DNA of 64,000 nucleotides from Callorhinchus milii. Lineage: Eukaryota. How positions within the stretch are numbered: position 1 is the stretch's first letter; each line of letters begins with the position of its first letter. Shown in pieces: positions 61,356 to 64,000 of this stretch. The notes below the pieces were generated by a model. It did no database searches, had not been told where the DNA came from, and saw only the letters and a list, made by a program, of their open reading frames with translations. The translations under genes and the position numbers were made by a program. Location: positions 102,364,001 to 102,428,000 of the forward strand of contig NW_024704743.1 of assembly GCF_018977255.1 (NCBI RefSeq). The letters run 5' to 3'.

Positions 61356-62742
61356 TTCCAATACAGTACTTCATCACAATGAAGCTTGATCCTTTTTCTT
61401 ACCCAATATCCCAATTATTTGCACTCTTCAGCAGGCATCGCTGGGTATGCTGATTTTTTTTATTCGGTCTAAGCTGATACTAAAATACAATGCTGAGGAT
61501 GGTGTTACATCTTTGGAGGTACAGTCCTTCAGATGAGATGTTAAAACAAGATGTTAAAACCTGTCTCATCAGGTGGATTTAAAGATCCCATGGCACTATT
61601 CGAAGAGAGAAGAAAGTTTCTCCTGATATCCTGGCCAACAATCCCACAAAAAAATTAGTCATTGACTTCTTGGCTGCTTGTGATCATCACTGCGAGCAAA
61701 TTAGCTACTGCAGTCACCTACAAAATACACAGTTACTACACTTTACAGTAAATACTATGAAATGTTTTGAGATGTTTCAATGACATGATAAAGTTTATAT
61801 CAAATGCCAGGTGTATTATTATTATTTTTCATGGGGATGGACTTTATTTATGGTAATGAGAAAAATATAAACTAAATATGCTGCATGTAGGAGGCAAGAA
61901 GAATTTTTTCATTTGTCTGCCAATTTATGTCAGTGGTGAGACTAATATTCATAGAACAAAAGAGATTGAAATGTTAGAGTTGGAAATACCCGATGAGATA
62001 TTAAGTGAACAGCTAATTTTTATTGCCTTTGGAAATGATTTGAGCAAACTTAAGACGTAGCTAAGATATTCCCAACAGATTTTGCACCAATGCTTCAGGA
62101 ATTTTTAACAAGAATAACCTGTTCCTGTGAATAAGACTTGCACCAAATACAATGATCTTTCTGGGGATTCACAACAACCGCCTGATCTGCTCCGATTTTC
62201 TGTTCAAATTCCTTTCTGCTTTAATTAAAGTGCAGTCATGTAAAAGACCAAGAAGTGCCCTGTGTTAGTTGCGAAAATAAATGTTTAACTTAATTGACTT
62301 AAAATGGGCTCAGTAATGAAATTCCAGGAAAAATGGAATGTGATATGAATTATCTATTGAATATTAAAGCAAGTAAATCAATTGATAATTTTGTTCTACA
62401 TTCCAGATGTGTATATAGCAAATTAATTATTAAGAATATGCTTTATATTTAGTTGATGACTCAAAAAAATCCAAATGGAATTGTATTTTCTTTATTTAAT
62501 TGCAATTTTATTTTAATCAACAAAAGTATTAAAACTTCCTCTTGTTGCCCTTACCCATGAAGGACTTTGGGTTGAAAACAAATTTACACCTCGAAGTCTC
62601 AACAATGAGCTAGACAAACTGGACAACCATTAATATTGTATTGTCTAAGTATTAACATAGAGCTGCTTAGCCACACAGCACAGGAACTTTAGGAACAAAA
62701 GACTGAAAGATTAAATTGATGGAGTGAAGCAGAACTTTCAGT

Positions 62743-63112
62743 TCCCCCTACCTACCTGCCCGTACCCTCCGTTCCTCCGGCTCCGATCTGCTCCATGTCC
62801 CCCGCCCCAATCGCCCTACCATCGGTGGTCGGGCCTTCAGCCTCTCAGCCCCCAGGCTCTGGAACTCCATCCCCCAGTGCCTTCGCCTTGCTTCCTCCCT
62901 ATCCTCCTTCAAGGCCGGTCTCAAAACCTTTCTCTTTGACCGTGCCTTCAGCTCCCCTCTCGACTCTCTTCCTCCTCCTCGCTCCCTCCCTTCCCTCCCC
63001 TCACCCTGACCATTCCCCCCTGCTCGGGTCCTGACCCAACTGTGCAGCGCCTTGGGACGTCCTCCTGATGTGAAAGGCGCTTTATAAATGGAATCTTGTT
63101 GTTGTTGTTGTT
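62743..63112 (+). mobile_element. 5'-truncated young L2
   Basis: Collinear with about 20329-20790, with a (TTG)n tail. Confidence 0.92.
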
Positions 63113-64000
63113 ACTCAAAATAGATTCTCACAAAGTGTTATATTCAGACCTTCAGGCAGATTGTTTTCCTCTCAAAGACCACTCCAGAGATACAGTTTGG
63201 AGTCTGTACACACTAGGTAAAAATCATTGATTTGAGTTTCCATGGAAGCTCAATTTGAGGTGTGAACAATCAAGGCCATTGTCTTTGGGCTAATAATCAT
63301 GGAACATCTTAATCTCACCACATTCCCCCTTGAGCATGAATACCGTGGAAAGCAATATTCTTCTAGATGTGCCAATGCATCCTAGCTGTTTGTTTTACAC
63401 ACAAAGTGGTTTGACTACTTGTCATAGTTGCATACTCAGTTAGGTTTCTATCCGGCCCAGGCTTTTTTCTATAATGAGCTGCCCGGTTTGAACTTTACCT
63501 ATTCTCACAAACTTTGTCTCCTTCCAACCCTCCTGGGACCGGGGTAAAAGAGCAAGGAGGGTGAATGTGATTGGTGTCAATGATGTGCATAGGGCTTTGT
63601 GTCAGAGTGGGCATAAGAAGAATCAGAGCAAAAGAGTCTGAGGGTTAACAACTGAGAAAGTGTATGAGGTTATTGTAAGGATGAAATATGAATCTTTGCA
63701 TTTGATATAACATCTGTATCATTGAAGTGTCTCAAATAGCTTTGTATGGAACTTAGAAGCCAATTGCTCATAACAATGTCCAGCAAAAAGCCAGGAAGAA
63801 AATAACTCATTTTAGCTGGAGGCCAGACACCGGGAGCAATTCCCTTCTCTTTTTGAATAGTATTATTGTGTCTTTAACAGGCAGACAGGACGTTGGTTTA
63901 ATGCCCCATCTGAAGGGCAGTGCTTCCAACAATGTAACATTCTCCCAGCACCTTACTGGAGTCGGACTACAAAAAAAAGCCTGAGGTGCAACTTCAACCC

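Overview
This is repeat-rich eukaryotic (vertebrate) DNA. The repeat complement points to a cartilaginous fish, possibly a chimaera such as the elephant shark (inference, not a database hit). The window starts at an EcoRI site, so it may be a clone end. No intact host gene is evident. Main contents: (1) A decayed minus-strand multi-immunoglobulin receptor gene (about 55.1-48.0 kb). It has a leader exon, four phase-1 Ig exons in V-like/C2/V/C2 order including a CD4/LAG-3-type WxC motif, a truncated fifth domain, no transmembrane exon, and a cytoplasmic exon with an ITIM-like LLYSNI. It lies between two copies of a ~290-bp duplicated block that may mark a tandem gene cluster. (2) A near full-length single-ORF L2 LINE (17332-20790) with one 5' frameshift, plus many truncated L2 copies and partner tRNA(Ala)/Deu-domain SINEs that share a covarying 3' stem-loop. 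(3) An old, internally deleted LTR retroelement (about 11175-14910, minus strand) with a tRNA-Lys3-type primer site and a coiled-coil gag remnant. (4) A hAT (Buster/Charlie/SPIN-type) transposon with TIRs and an 8-bp TSD, two Harbinger transposase relics, and a CR1 with nested insertions. Most short ORFs in the track are spurious or repeat-derived. All alignments and family calls were made by eye.
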